A stretch of 64,000 bases of DNA from Geosiphon pyriformis uo1 (GCA_016748015.1 JAAOMT010000322.1:82660-146659); one strand, 5' to 3'. Shown: positions 27,286 through 41,555, numbered from the stretch's first letter. The notes: generated by a model not told the origin, from the sequence alone. Program-made: numbers and translations.

Positions 27286-27789
27286 TTTTGTTTACCTCTT
27301 TAAACACTTCTGAAATGTTAGTTATGATAATTTTTATTGCTACTTCATCAATCTTTTTTCTAAACCCCTCAGTTCTTCCTCTTTTATATTTCATTGAACG
27401 ATTACATCATATACTTCTCAGATCAATTAATCAATCAATTAGGGTTGCTTTATAAATTATACCGAACCATCCTCTAGCAATTTCGTTTATATTCGACAAA
27501 TGCTCCCATGGAATCCATTGATAGTAATTCAAATCACCCTCATAAAAATTATTGATATTATGTGAAATAAAAATTGGATTCTTAATTATTTCATCAACTA
27601 CTTTATTGCGGCTTGAAAGTTGCAATAAAGTTTTTCAAAAAATATAAAGTGACATGTCGCACACTCATTATCACTATTGTTTTAAATGCTCTCTTGACAG
27701 TAAGAACACAGGCTGCAATCATGAGCATATGGACGATTTCTTATAACGTAAGCTTCAGGGCATGTTTTTTTAGTTTGAAGATTCCCCAT
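26257..27789 (-). pseudogene. Tyrosine-kinase-like (TKL) protein kinase, disrupted
   Basis: Cys-rich N-terminus, QWIPWEHLSNINEIARGWFG, HHDLHPCNIL, IGDLGLC, YGVIPYIPPEVL, KCWDVNPKNRPTA. In-frame stop and frameshifts in the 5' part. Confidence 0.8.
27207..27285. repeat. (AAT)n microsatellite, ~26 units, in kinase intron
   Basis: Direct reading. It produces the spurious poly-Leu ORF 27137..27394. Confidence 0.95.
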
Positions 27790-28629
27790 AGTGAATAAAA
27801 ATGTGTATAGGTTATTATTTAAAGAGAGTTTTTTTAAAGCTTTATTTGATAATTGATGGTATGTTTAGAAAGTAATTTTAAATGAGGGGAGTTCTTATTT
27901 ATGTTACTTCTCTATATTCTCATAGCTTAACAAATCAATTAATAGAATCATTCATTCATTCCTTAATCTTAAAAAATATCGCTACAAATCATACTGAAGA
28001 AATTTAAGTAAGCTGTAGTACACAAATGCATTTTCTTATTATCTAAACGAGTATTTCAATTTAATCGTAGAACAACAACAACAACAACAACAACAACGAT
28101 TTAGGCTTCGTGTGAAACATGAAAAATGGTGTATAAATATTGCTCATATAACATTTATTAATTAATTAATTGTGTTTACCTTTTTTTAAAATTTTGAAAA
28201 AGAGCATAATTATAAATATACATTTAAATAACCTATTACTTACATAATAGAACTCGAAATTTAAATAATAAATATTTTATGAATATAATAATATAATAAT
28301 TTTTTTGTTATTATAGTTTTCTTAAAAAGAATATCAAATAAGGTTCAATTTGGTCAAGGTTAAACTGCTACAATTAATTTCTCATAGTAAATTATATATT
28401 ATTAATCAAGAATATTGAAAATCATCTTAATATATTAATTTTCTAATCATACTGTTTATTATTTTTAGAATTAATATTCAATAATGAAATTAAAAGTTTA
28501 TAAAGCTTTTGAATCCTAAAATATTTTAATACTGCATCAACAAGAATAATAGCTATTACTTAAATTGGTTTTTTTTAGATGTTTTTGTTGATTAAAAATT
28601 TAAAATAATTAAAAAAGTTTGTGAACTTA

Positions 28630-28771
28630 AGGAATTCAACGAAGAGTTTCTTTAAGCATCGCATATATGGAAGTGAGTTAAACTCAGACATGTTCACATC
28701 TAGCTATTTTTATCTAATTCGTCGTGCGCTTTCTGCTGAAACTCTGGATGATTGACTAAAATTGCAATAAC
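28630..28771 (-). pseudogene. Cytochrome P450 exon relic (I/J/K helix region); weaker remnants may extend to ~29600
   Basis: After an AG acceptor: VIAILVNHPEFQQKAHDELDK..., SEFNSLPYMR..., LKETLR*IP (ExxR motif), with frameshifts. Confidence 0.7.
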
Positions 28772-31700
28772 CTAAATATATAGTAAGTGCAATACCTTCC
28801 TAAAGATTTATCCAAATATTATAAGCAATTATTCTTTAATTAAAACCTTCATTCAATCTCTGCAAAAGATCTCAAAAAATATGTGGTTTCTTTCCATATT
28901 ATTCTCTACTCTATTCAATACAGGTTAGAATAAGATTCAATTTTTTATTGATTAAGAAACTATAACCTATCAAATTAAGGATTAAAAGATTACATTTTAA
29001 GTTGTAGAATTTCAAAAGGATTTTTTTTAAAGTAATCGCCTACCTAATTTCTTCACTTTTCGATACTACTCCTTAATGAGCGAATCAAATAAACTCCTAT
29101 CTCGTGTGAAAGATTTTATGTAAATTTTCGATTTTTGAGTGAATCGTAAAGTTTTATATTTTATTTGATTTCTAGACGAATCTCATACAATCAATAAAGT
29201 TTATAGTTCCATTTTTTAATAATATCTTAATAATTTGAGGACTATTTAAAAATATAAAGCACCGATATAAATTGTAAAGGTATCACCTAAATTAGCGAAA
29301 CTGCATTAAATTTTTTTTTAATAAATAACCAATTCACAGCAAATATAAAATTACTTTTTATGCATATCCCGAATTATTAAAGAGATAGGTCTTAAAATAA
29401 AAAAGAAAATTCCACTCAAATCTTCGAATATCATAGGGTTTGCTAATAATATTGAGAAGATGCAAAATTTCGGAAACTTATGAATAATAAGAATCCGGCC
29501 TGGTGCTTTAAGTAATCCTTTCACGCTATGAATTTTTGCTTTCAAGAATTTCGTTTTGCAAGATAGAGTGAGATAAGATGGACGATAATATAAGGAGAGC
29601 CATTTAATTAAGGTTTATAAAATTCCTTAGAAAATGTTATATATATATATATATATAATACCTTGGTTAATTCAGAGATTAAAAGTAATATAATTAGTTA
29701 AAGGTGTAAAAAGATGTGAAAGATTTAATTAGTTTCATTCGCCTCAATATTTACCTTTGTAAACTAACATAATTAGTTAAAGTCGTTTCATTCACTAAAA
29801 TATTTAGAATTATAAATTTCATTAACTTGCTCAAATAATTGACTAAACTATATTTTATTTTTCGTCAGCGAATTTTTAAAGTCCATGAAGTTATTATATT
29901 CGAAAAAATTACCAACTGTATTTTAGGTATTTCTTCTTACATAGAGTGAATTGATATTAAAGGTTTATTCGAGTAATAATGTATTCGTTAAATCTTTATA
30001 TGCAGTAACTTCATTTTATAAAAATTTTGATAATTTTTTCATTAATAATGATAAAATATTTAGTTTTTTTAAATTAAATGAGCAAAGATTATTTAAAATT
30101 AGCCATTTTATTTTTATCCATCATATATAGAAAAAATTCTAAGCAATTTATTTTAAACAAAAAAAAACCAGTGTTGAATTAAGCTCATATTTAGATAGTT
30201 TGACTATTTCAAAAAAGGAATATGATTAAAAAATCTTATCTAATAAAATAATGTGTCATCTTTTTCTATATAATACACTCGGAGATGGAAGAGAATTAAT
30301 GGTTACTTTATTATATAATTTTAGATTATAGTCAATATTGAATATTTTACCTTCCTAGATGCATTGTCAATTAATTATTTACCACCAGTACTTAAATAAA
30401 ATTTTTTATAAATGAATGAAATTTTAACAAATTCTAGATTATCTTTGCTAATTTTTTTTAAGTGGGCCAGCCTATGTTAAACCATATTAATCCATTTGAT
30501 TAATTTCGCTTTAAGCCTTTTGTGAATAATAGGGAATTATTTCGATTTAAAATTATATTTATTCGTAAGTTTCATTAAAATTTTCATTTAAGACTCATTC
30601 GTTGAAAAACAATGGCAAGATAAAAGTAATTAAAATCCAAATATCTAAGCATTGAAAAATAAAAATAAATAAAGAGATAAGATAATGCAACCCAAAACAA
30701 AACAAAACAAAACAAAATGGAATGGAATTTTTGTATTATCTACAGTAAAACTATAACTCGTATTTTCAAATATTCTATATCTAGACTTTATATATGTATT
30801 CTATAGCTCTTTAAGTCTGCATATTCCTCTTATGTTTAGCAGGGTTCAGGCTGCTGAGTAGCGTCAGACCACGTTAAACAAAAAGGAAATTAATTTAGAA
30901 AGACACATCAAAGAAAATTGATATATAAAAGGGTTAAAGCAACACACGCCTAGCTAAATAATATAAAAATATGAAAAATTCTTGTAAGGATCCTCCAGTT
31001 TCTCAAAGATCTTTTCTTAGGAGGCTTAAAGTCTAATAGAGAAAATACTCCGAATGATTTAGTAGCTATGTATTGAACAATTACTTGTATCTCTTTGAAA
31101 AACCCATATCTAGAGAAAAATTTTAAAATTAATTAATATTTATCCAAAAATATTAGTGAATGTGAAAAGTAAAATTATATTTTGAATATATAAACCAAGA
31201 CTGTGATTTCAACCTGTGAAACTAATTACTGTTAATCGAGAGCTGATTTTTCTGCTATTGATAATTTATTATTTAAAAATAAAAAATTTGGTTTGATTAT
31301 TTGAATTGATACCAAGGTAAATTGGTGCAAGTTATGTGAAAAGAGAATACTCAACCTTTAAGAAAAAAGAATTGAAGGTTATCTTAAAAAATACTACTGG
31401 TCTGGTCGCTGGTATAGAAGTATATGACCCTGAAAAAATTTTTTGACACTAATAATAAAATTGTATCAAATTTTTGGGAATCTAATTGAAATTACTATTA
31501 TTACAATAATATTAATAATGCTATATTTATAGAAAAAGTAGAAAAATTTCAGGAATTAACTATTATAAAACGGAAAAATGAGATTTTAAGCAAAAAATGG
31601 AATGCCTCTGGGAATTTCAATAAAAAAGAAAATAACTTGATATTAAAAAACATGGTTTAATGGAAAATTTTTACTCTTCTATTAAATATTTATTAAAATC

Positions 31701-32038
31701 ATTTGTTTATATCATTGTACAGTAAAAAACTAAAGCACCATCTAATAATTTTAATTAGCGGAGAAACTTAGGTATATATTTAAAAGTTTTATTTCTAATG
31801 CTATTCAGCTAAAGAGCAGTTTATAGCTTAACTTGTAATAAAACCTATACTTTAGAAATTAATAGTTGTTTAATAAAAAGTCTTTTTTTAAAGTTCTTTG
31901 ATGTTTTAAATAAATAAATGTTATTCTTTTAACTTTATTGTTGAACTTAAAATGGTAGGCTATAAAATATTTCGCTAGTAAAAGTTTCTAAGATAGACAG
32001 CCCAACCTTCAAAAGTATAAAATTTAATTAAAGCAAAT

Positions 32039-33492
32039 TTATCTTTTTATGATTTGAAAAACTTCATACTCCTCGACAGAAAAATTCATCTGTTGATTTT
32101 CTGACCCAGGCATTATAGCATGCTCATAAATAGTTGTCTTTTGACAATAGCACCCTGAACTATTTTTAAAATTATTGCCACTCAATCTTATATTGTTATT
32201 TCCAAAATAGGGTCCACAATCTGGCCCATTAAAAGGTCCACATCCTTTAACAAATTTGCTAAGTATAGCATTTTCAGCATTGTCATCTCCAAGATAAAAA
32301 ATAAAACTTCCTTCTCCATCTAGCCACTGATTTCGAGAGTGCCAAGATTGTGGGTTAAAGCCGCCAATTATCTGACCAGTTCCTTTCACTTTGATTACGC
32401 TAATTGTTGCTCCTTTATCATCGCATAANNNNNNNNNNNNNNNNNNNNNNNNNNNNNNNNNNNNNNNNNNNNNNNNNNNNNNNNNNNNNNNNNNNNNNNN
32501 NNNNNNNNNNNNNNNNNNNNNNNNNNNNNNNNNNNNNNNNNNNNNNNNNNNNNNNNNNNNNNNNNNNNNNNNNNNNNNNNNNNNNNNNNNNNNNNNNNNN
32601 NNNNNNNNNNNNNNNNNNNNNNNNNNNNNNNNNNNNNNNNNNNNNNNNNNNNNNNNNNNNNNNNNNNNNNNNNNNNNNNNNNNNNNNNNNNNNNNNNNNN
32701 NNNNNNNNNNNNNNNNNNNNNNNNNNNNNNNNNNNNNNNNNNNNNNNNNNNNNNNNNNNNNNNNNNNNNNNNNNNNNNNNNNNNNNNNNNNNNNNNNNNN
32801 NNNNNNNNNNNNNNNNNNNNNNNNNNNNNNNNNNNNNNNNNNNNNNNNNNNNNNNNNNNNNNNNNNNNNNNNNNNNNNNNNNNNNNNNNNNNNNNNNNNN
32901 NNNNNNNNNNNNNNNNNNNNNNNNNNNNNNNNNNNNNNNNNNNNNNNNNNNNNNNNNNNNNNNNNNNNNNNNNNNNNNNNNNNNNNNNNNNNNNNNNNNN
33001 NNNNNNNNNNNNNNNNNNNNNNNNNNNNNNNNNNNNNNNNNNNNNNNNNNNNNNNNNNNNNNNNNNNNNNNNNNNNNNNNNNNNNNNNNNNNNNNNNNNN
33101 NNNNNNNNNNNNNNNNNNNNNNNNNNNNNNNNNNNNNNNNNNNNNNNNNNNNNNNNNNNNNNNNNNNNNNNNNNNNNNNNNNNNNNNNNNNNNNNNNNNN
33201 NNNNNNNNNNNNNNNNNNNNNNNNNNNNNNNNNNNNNNNNNNNNNTTTCAAAAATCTTTGGTGAAATATTAGGTTTAGGAAGAATAATGATATTATTTTC
33301 CCTTTTAATCCAATTGCTAGAGAGTGCGACAGCAAAATATGGTGATCTTGCTGCTAAAATTTGGGAATGAGCATGAAAAGTTCTAATATTGGTCGCTTCG
33401 CCAACTATAATTCTAATATCAGAGAACTTCTGACTGTCAAATAAATTCCCAAAATCATTGGATAAAGCGTGAAAGTATTGTTGGGGTGACAT
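32039..33492 (-). CDS. BTB/POZ-BACK-TLDc protein, copy 1 (middle hidden by assembly gap)
   Basis: BTB start FSDIRIIVG..FHAHSQILAARSPYF and TLDc end GGFNP..SFIF..GPYFG..VEEYEVFQI. Both visible parts are almost identical to copy 2. Confidence 0.8.
32429..33245. other. Assembly gap (817 N)
   Basis: Run of N. The length is close to the ~860 nt equivalent segment of copy 2. Confidence 1.
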
Positions 33493-34929
33493 TAGTAAAA
33501 TATGAGAAGTCTGAGTAAGGTTTTTTTCTCTACGTATTAGGGATTTATGCTATTGATCAATTTTACATATGAATCAAGATTTTATTTTGCATTACCAAAT
33601 TATTTGAAAACATTGAATGAAAAAATTGGAAAAAAGAATTAATCTATATTGCAAATTAAATCAACTCGATTAACGTGATTGAATAATATTTATTGTCTGT
33701 AAAATAACCAGGTATTAAATAAAAGATAATTGGATTATTTGCGTTGTCATTATTATGTAAAACTTCAACTGACCTCAATTTTATAAAACAAAAAAAATTT
33801 ATTTCAATCAAGTGTATTTTGCTTTAAGTATAATATTTCTCTGGCTATCAATTTTTTTTTTGAAAGAGTTAAGTTCTTTTTTACACAATTTTGAATAATA
33901 AAGAGACAATTAATAAGTACTGAAATCATGTTAATAATGACAGCTTTAGAAAATCTTTAAGAAAAGATTTGATTATTGAAAATTTCACTTTAGCCAGAGC
34001 CAAACAATGCTATGAATGAGAATCCATTAAATCTCTCAAATGTAACTCTGAAATTTTCAACTCGAATTCACTCCAAAATGTGACTTCAACAAAATATTCA
34101 TAAAACTACGGCCAAGATGCTGCCCTCTCTGCTTAAAAAATTCATTATTCTGGTAGTTGTTGAAGCTTTTTTTGATGTATAGCATTTTTAGAACAAGAAA
34201 AATCTCTAAATAATTTCGAAGAACGCGACAATTGACATTGCGAAATATGATTAGTATTGTTGGAAGTTGGATTAGTATTCTTTAAAGATTCATAAAATTA
34301 TATATTAATGAAAAATTAGGGTAAAGAATGTGATATTGATCATTGATATAAAAATTTGAATTTTCACTAAGTAGATATACAGTATAAACATGTATATTTT
34401 ATAATAAAATATTTCCTATCTCAAAATGATAAGCAAATTATTTAGTTTTATATTAATATTGCTGTAAATAATCAATTAATAATTCTTATTTTTAATACCA
34501 AGTCAAGACAAAGAATCTCAAATTAGATAACCTTGTAATTTGGTAAATTAAAATATATAGATTTTTAAGAATTGGAGAAAGTTTTTCAATCCTGATTAAA
34601 AGATTTAAAACACTAAAATTCCTATCCATACCTTATGATTTTATTGTTTCCCATTTTAACATCAAAAAGTTTAAAATAATCTAAAAAATGAAAATACTCG
34701 TATTTTTTAATATAAAGGTTTACAAAGCCAAATTTATTAGTTTTGTACAAATATCAGAATTTTTACCTTTAAATATTATGATAATAAATTATTAATTTGT
34801 CGATACCCCCTTCTAAAAATATAAAAATGAAAGCTTCTTAATAGTTTGGCACTTTCAAATAAATTTCTCCGTTTTCAAAAAATTCTAATTTTCTTATCAT
34901 CCAATCTTTCATTACTTACACAATTGTTT

Positions 34930-35030
34930 CTTTAAAAATTAAAGAAATCTTCAAATAGATTATGTTGAAATTAATGATTTTCTTAAACCATTTGAGAGAA
35001 TCCTGAAATAGGATGGGACTACATCAAAGG
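34930..35030 (+). pseudogene. Possible BACK-domain fragment of a BTB protein
   Basis: RNLQIDYVEINDFLKPFERILK* resembles IRFFHISSVDFYHKVKPFARIL of the neighbouring genes. Short and degraded. Confidence 0.3.
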
Positions 35031-35353
35031 AAAATAACATTGACCATTAAGTGAATTTGTTTCAATATATTTGTATTTAGTTATTTGATATATTAATTTA
35101 GGATAAAGATTAAAAATATGTATATTGCCTTCACCACCTATGAAAGAAATTGAAGTTTAATTCTGTAATTGAAAAAAATTTGACTAATGGTCCGATGGAA
35201 TAAGACTTTCATAATATGTATATACTTAATAAAGGAAGCACTTTATATTTAATAACTCTCAAACTCAAAAATAGATTAGCTGATTCATAGTAAACTTTCG
35301 ACTAAAAAAATTACATAAAGGTGGGGGAAAAACTTTTATAAAGAACGGAATCT

Positions 35354-35900
35354 TTATTTAAATTCTTCATCTGTTTTGTAGTCAAATACGCTATCAATGC
35401 TAATAGCACAATCCATATCTAAAGAAAAGGCATTTTTTAAATCAAAAAAATTCTTAAATTCTAAATATACCAAATGAAAAATTTACCATGTGTAAAACCA
35501 GTTGATTCCATTTTTCTAGGTTTTGAGATTATTCGACTTTTATATCTTATATCATGGTTAGCACTTTGCATTTCTTCAGAATTAAATCTTTTTTCACGGA
35601 TAGGTTTATTTAAGTTAAAGTTATCATGAGCAGCAATAAATGTTTGTTGAAGTTCTTCTCTATTATCAAGAAAATATGGATTATATTGCTTTCCGTCGAT
35701 CACATCGAATGGGATCTGTATTATTCAAAGGTCTTTCTCCTAAAATAATTTCACAGACAATAATGGCAAAGCTATATATATATCGCTGTATTTAGTATGA
35801 GAAGCGCCCTTGCAAATCTCGGGTGCCAGATACTCAAGAACACTATAAATTTTTAGCAGACTTTGGCAGATCACTAACATGTAAACTTGTATCGATACCC
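35354..35900 (-). pseudogene. TKL kinase C-terminal relic, paralogue of the 61.4-62.6 kb kinase
   Basis: KIYSVLEYLAPEICKGASHTKYSDIY and IAAHDNFNLNKPIREKRFNSEEMQSANHD, versus IAAHDNCNLNEFVREKRLNYKKIQYANHD at ~62390. Stops and frameshifts. Confidence 0.75.
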
Positions 35901-36389
35901 ATTTTTTTTGTTGCAACAAAATACTTTTCAATTTAAATAACATGATCAAAAATCAAGAATTGCTGATATATATTCCGTTTTTACGCTTTGTAATTAATGC
36001 AATTTTTTGGTTTGTTCAAATTTCAATACTCCATTCTGTTTAAATTTGGCTATACTTTTTAAAATGAATCAACTTTGAAAGGAATAAAAACCAGGAAGTT
36101 ATCTGAAAATCAAGATTAAAATTCAATATGAAATGCAAACTAAATTTTAAAGATTATTTCAAAAAATTTTGTGAAAATAAAAAAAGTATAAAACAACATT
36201 GTTAATTTGTTTTAAGTTATTCTTTTGCTAAAATTGTGATTTTTTTAATATGTTTTTATTTTAAAAAAGTATCTTCTATAATTTTGCATAAATTTTTTAC
36301 CTATTATTTGTTCAAACCAAAAAAGCTTGTTATATATCTATGTTGTTATAAACTCAAAAATATTAACAAAGAAACAAATTAAATGTATA

Positions 36390-36515
36390 AGTAATTTAAT
36401 TGATGTGGTTAATCTCAAAATCACAGTTAGAGGAAAAAGAAAATCTTGTTTTTTCTCTTGGAGATGGCAAACTAAAAATGCTAAACTTGTCAAATTCGTC
36501 TATGGATGTGAACAG
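36390..36515 (+). pseudogene. Isolated TLDc-domain fragment related to the BTB-TLDc genes
   Basis: ttttttctcttggagatggcaaactaaaaatgctaaacttgtcaaattcgtctatggatgtg aligns to 46006-46068 and 58086-58147 (F.LGDG..NAKL.KFV.GC). Confidence 0.65.
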
Positions 36516-39149
36516 ATAATCGAAGACTTAAGTTTTTTAAATTGTAAAGTTGGTCTATTTAGCCCAATTAACAAAGTTTTTACATGAGAATTTTGGAAAT
36601 TTGCGCTCACAGAATTTTCTATAACATATTGCTCTAAGCCCTAAAATAAAGTTTCAAGGTTAAAGGTTACAAATAAAATATTAATACGTCTATTTTAATA
36701 ATTATTCAATTTGAAGAATATTTTTCTAAATCTTTAGGCAGGGTTAGATTTTATTTTCATCCAATTAATTGAATTGCACTAAAAATCTAAATTTTAAATA
36801 TAGGCTGCACTTGGTTACAATTTTCTGATATTTAAAGATACAACAATTACTATTGAGAAATGCCAAAAAAAAGATTAATAATAATAATAAATAGAAAACA
36901 TTAGTAAATAGTTTTAGTCATAAACATAAAGTAAAAAGTCTACTAAATTTTTTTAATACTTTATAATTCATTTACTATTCAGATTATGTCAAAATTTGAA
37001 ATCCTATTATAAAAATTGATTAAAAATATTATTATTAAAAATAATTTCTGCTATTATATTAATATATTAATGGTTTTTTTATTTTAACAAATATTTATTT
37101 GGATTTTTTAAGTTCAAAATATTTTTTCCTTTTATTTTTTCATTACAAATTTTAAAAGTGATTGTTGAATCATAAAATTATTAATTTTTGTTGAAAATAA
37201 ACAGAAATGTATAAATTATGTTGAAAAAGGTTTATTAAAATCTTTACAAATTTAAAAATAAATTGTCATTTAGTCTTGTTCATTGTTTGTATTTATTTGG
37301 TCCCAAAATATTCATAAAATATAATAACTAAAATATAAAATCTTATGTTAAACCAATTACAAAAAATGATTAATAATGTAATTATAATTTTTTGAACAAT
37401 AAATAAAAATCAATTAAAATATGCTTTTTATTTTCATTTAATATGTTCAACCTTAAAATTTTTGAATAACTGATTTAAATATATAACCAAAATTAATTTA
37501 ACATGTTATTTTAATATTAAAATCAAATATTATGTATAAAAATTAATTTTAACTACAAATGACCATTATATTAATGGTAATTAATTCAACCATGTAATAT
37601 TTAACATGATACTGATTCTAATTTATTAAAAGGGCATTTCAATATTATATAATGACTTTAATATTAGGCAATATATTAAATTTATCTCGTAAAATTTTTA
37701 AATAACTATCGAGTTAAAATTTTTAACAAACCAGTTTGAAAATTTGCCATTTTTTCCAAATTAAATATATGTAATTTATTAATGACAAAACAATTGAATA
37801 AATTAAAATCCAGTTTTATATTAAAAAACAGTTTCAAATTATTTTTAATAATATTACTTGAATATTTAGTCTTTTATTTATATTTGACTTATAAAATTAT
37901 AAAAACTTTTCAAAATTTAAAACAGTTTAGTCTTTATAAACAAGAAATTCATTAAGTTTTTCATAGTATTTATAATCATAAAAATAACTTCAAATAAATA
38001 ATACAAAATATTTGATTTTTTTTATAAAAACATTAGGTTTTATTTTAGCAGCAAAAAAAGTAATGACTTAAAAAATATTTAAATGATTGATAATTTAAGT
38101 TTTAAAAACAGAGTAATAAAAATAATAAAAAGTGCATATGTTCAAAAGTATCTTTAATGATTTCTGTTTTACAATATCTATAAATTATATTGTCTACAAC
38201 AAATCTTTTTCAATCAATATTAATTGTAATAGTGTAAAATTCTATTTAAAATAATTATAAATAATAGCTTTTTATTGCTTAACATTTAGTTTTTTACTAG
38301 ATTTTAATAATCAAGAAAGTTGACCAATTGTAATACATTTTTTTTGTCATTAAAAAAATTTGGCATTTCAATTTAAGGGACTTAATACATTAACAGGTTT
38401 TAGTACCAGCCTAATTAAAGTATTAATATTTTGTAAATAAAATAATAATGAATATTCAATATTTTTAAATTCTTCTGATATAAAACAAGTTTTTAATTAC
38501 TTCTAACAACAATATGCTGAAATATTAAATTTTGTTTGATTCAAAGAATGCTTACTAAAAGTATTTTCGACAAATAAATCGCAATCAGTTTAAAAAATAT
38601 AATTATTTGTCAAAATTTAGCATTACAAAATGTAATCCATCATGAATTGAGTGTTGGTTCAAGAATACAAAGAGCTTTCATAATCTCTTTGATGCTGCAC
38701 TATTAATGTATGTTGAGAACTAGATAAAAGAATTTTTGATAATAAAAATATTAAATCAACATACTTGGTCCGACAGAATGCTGCTCCGAAGTATTAAGAA
38801 AAAACATACATTTTTTTCTTATACGAGAATTATTATTAGCTTTGTTATATCCATATATTCATTGAGAGAACAGTTGATTTACTAAAGCATACTGACAAAC
38901 ATCTTCTCTAATTCACGAAAATTAAACCTTTTAAATTTTAAGTATTTGAGATAGAGTTGGATAAAAACAAATCAAATTGAATCTTAAATCAAAAAACATT
39001 TAACAAGTAACATTAAAAGTTTTTCGTCACGCACACTTAATTCATCGACCAAACGCTTTGCAGAAATATATAAATACACTGCTTTGAATTAGTATCAATC
39101 AATGATCGCGAGAGTTAAGGTATATTTTCTTGTCTAACTATTTTCATGT

Positions 39150-39878
39150 TATGCATCTCCATCATGCTATTGCCAGATTAAAAAATCGTTATTCATTATA
39201 CTTGCTCCTAGTCACTCTTGACGATCGACATTCAAAATGAAAAATTTTCTTGTCATGATGAAGGTGGTGTTGAGTTTTTTTAATTTAAAGCTTTAATTTT
39301 ATATAGCCGCATATTTCAGAATTTAATGAAATTTTCTGGCTCTTCTTCTTTTCGAGTCTACCCTATCACGGGTGCTTTCTGGATCTCAAGAATTTTGGAT
39401 GCTAAATTGATATCTGTCTTTACATTTGACCAACCACGAATGGGAGAACTTCGTTTATCAAAATTTTTAAATGATTGCATAAGTATATACCGGATCACCT
39501 ATCAAGATGATTTTATGCCACAAATGCCTTCCAGAAGCGGAGATTTAAAAGGATATTTTCGTTCTGCGTATGAATATTGGATTGAACAAGATTGCGAATG
39601 TTCAGATCCATCTATCTCGAAAAACTCTGCCACAAAACCAGCACATTTTAATCTTTATGCATATAAAGAATTTTGAAATGAATATTTACAGAGATTTGAA
39701 TAGCCCAAGGTGATAGTTTTAAAACTTTGGAATTTTCAAGAAATTTAAACTTCCTATGACATTCTTCTATATATAAAAGGAATGCAATGAAATGGCATAA
39801 AGTTCTCAAGCACCAAATAATTTAAGACTAGAGCTACACTTTGGTCCATATTTCGGCTATTTAATAGGAATATGTTGA
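39150..39878 (+). pseudogene. Lipase class 3 (alpha/beta hydrolase) pseudogene
   Basis: VFTFDQPRMG (TFGQPRxG), YRITYQDDFMPQMP, YEYWIEQDCEC, final exon HFGPYFGYLIGIC*. The GHSxGG nucleophile motif is degenerate (GSSSFR). Internal stops. Start approximate. Confidence 0.7.
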
Positions 39879-41555
39879 TGCCTCAGGAAATCTAAATATG
39901 GCATTATCAGATTTTTAGAATTGCACACCTCTGACTCTTATATGGTTGATCCTATTCGATCGAGTAGGAACTAGATACCTAACAAATGTATTAACTAATC
40001 TTAAAGCTTCAAAGCACCCATTACGATAATTCAAATAGTTCATAGCTAAATGAATGCACAGCTTTCAGATCCATTCAGGTGACATTTTTTATTTTTAAGC
40101 ATTACTATCATCAGAAACTAGAATCTTAAAAGAATATAGGATTTTCAAATTTAATTTTAGCCAATTTTTTGTGATAAGATATATTTTGAAATTTTGGCTT
40201 AAGCTTATTTTACCTGATTTATTTATTATCAATACTTTTTCCACTTACAAATACACATTTTTTTATATCATGGAGGAAAATTATAAATAAATTGAATATT
40301 AGAATATTAGTATAGCTCCAAGCAAATTTTTATTCGGGATAAAGTAAATTTTAAATCTACATTTAATTTTCAAGCACCTTATTTGGTACTTTTTATATTT
40401 TATCACATTGAAAGATTTACTTAAGGAAGATTATAAATAGTTTTATCTTTGTATATTGATAAAAGTGTCTTGGTAATGTGGTAATGCTTTGAAATTAAGA
40501 TCATTATAAACGAAACGTAATTTTTTTTAACGCTGCTCTGAAGTTCAGTGTATCGTTTATATAATATACTTTTTGATTTTTAGAATAAATTTTTGCGTAA
40601 CTTTTCTTTGCAAACCCAATTTGTTTGTCATTGAAAAAGGTTAAATTTTATTTAAGAATTTTACATCTGATTTATATGATGCCCTGTACCTCCCAAAGAG
40701 ATGAATTTAGGCTTGATAAAAAAAAATTGCTCATCTTTTTACTTAATTAGTGAAATATTTTCTCTGTTCCACTTTTCAGACTCATTTTTAGGATTCTTTG
40801 GATCGATGCCAACATAAACACTTTTCCCACTATTATATGCAAAATAAATTTATTAACTGATTGTGAATTCAAAATCAAAATGCGAAGATAAAACTAACCA
40901 TCAAATTATGTGATATCAATATTAAAACAAATTATAAAAAGCACAAAAACACAATCCTACATGCTTGTGCTTTCAAACTAAGGATTTGCCGCATTCAAGG
41001 TTCAAACCTAAGAACCCTTTATTTTCGCCAAGAGAATTTATAGATATTAATAATCGACTAGAATCTTCTATTTGATATGGCAGCTTCAAATAAATTGTGT
41101 GGGAATTTAGACTTATGAAGATATTAAATTTAAAAATCAGATATAAATATTTATTATATCAAAGCCTTCGACAAAGTTGGCATATGCTTTCATTATCCAG
41201 TACGATATAAATTTTTTAATGAATTGCTGCTTTCGTCCATGAGAAAATTTTTCTTACCAACATTTCCATATTAGATCAGATAAGAAATCTTATAATGTAT
41301 TCTTTTGACTTTTCGGAGCTACCTCCATAGTAAAAATAGAAATTTAATATGAGGCTGATTGTTATTTCCTTTGCTTAACATCTAATTGGCACGTAAGATT
41401 AGCTTTCTGACATTATTTCTCAAAATAGTAAACTATGATAAAATTTAAAATAGAGATGACGGCCAAAAATTTTTGGATATTGGTTTTACGTTTAATTTTT
41501 CCTAAAATTTGATCAAGTTTGAAAAAATTATTAAATGAGAACACCATGAATACTC

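Noticed and set aside
32391-33335. Long X-filled ORFs on both strands
   Set aside because: Artefacts of the N gap. Only the minus-strand BTB-TLDc frame is meaningful.
36900-38600. Very AT-rich blocks here and at ~15.7-16.7, 42.8-44.5 and 48.1-48.9 kb, probably old transposons
   Set aside because: No diagnostic motif could be read, so no element class is claimed.
40980-41500. Possible HMG-box relic on the minus strand (LLWR*..KSQKN)
   Set aside because: Too degraded; no complete motif can be read.
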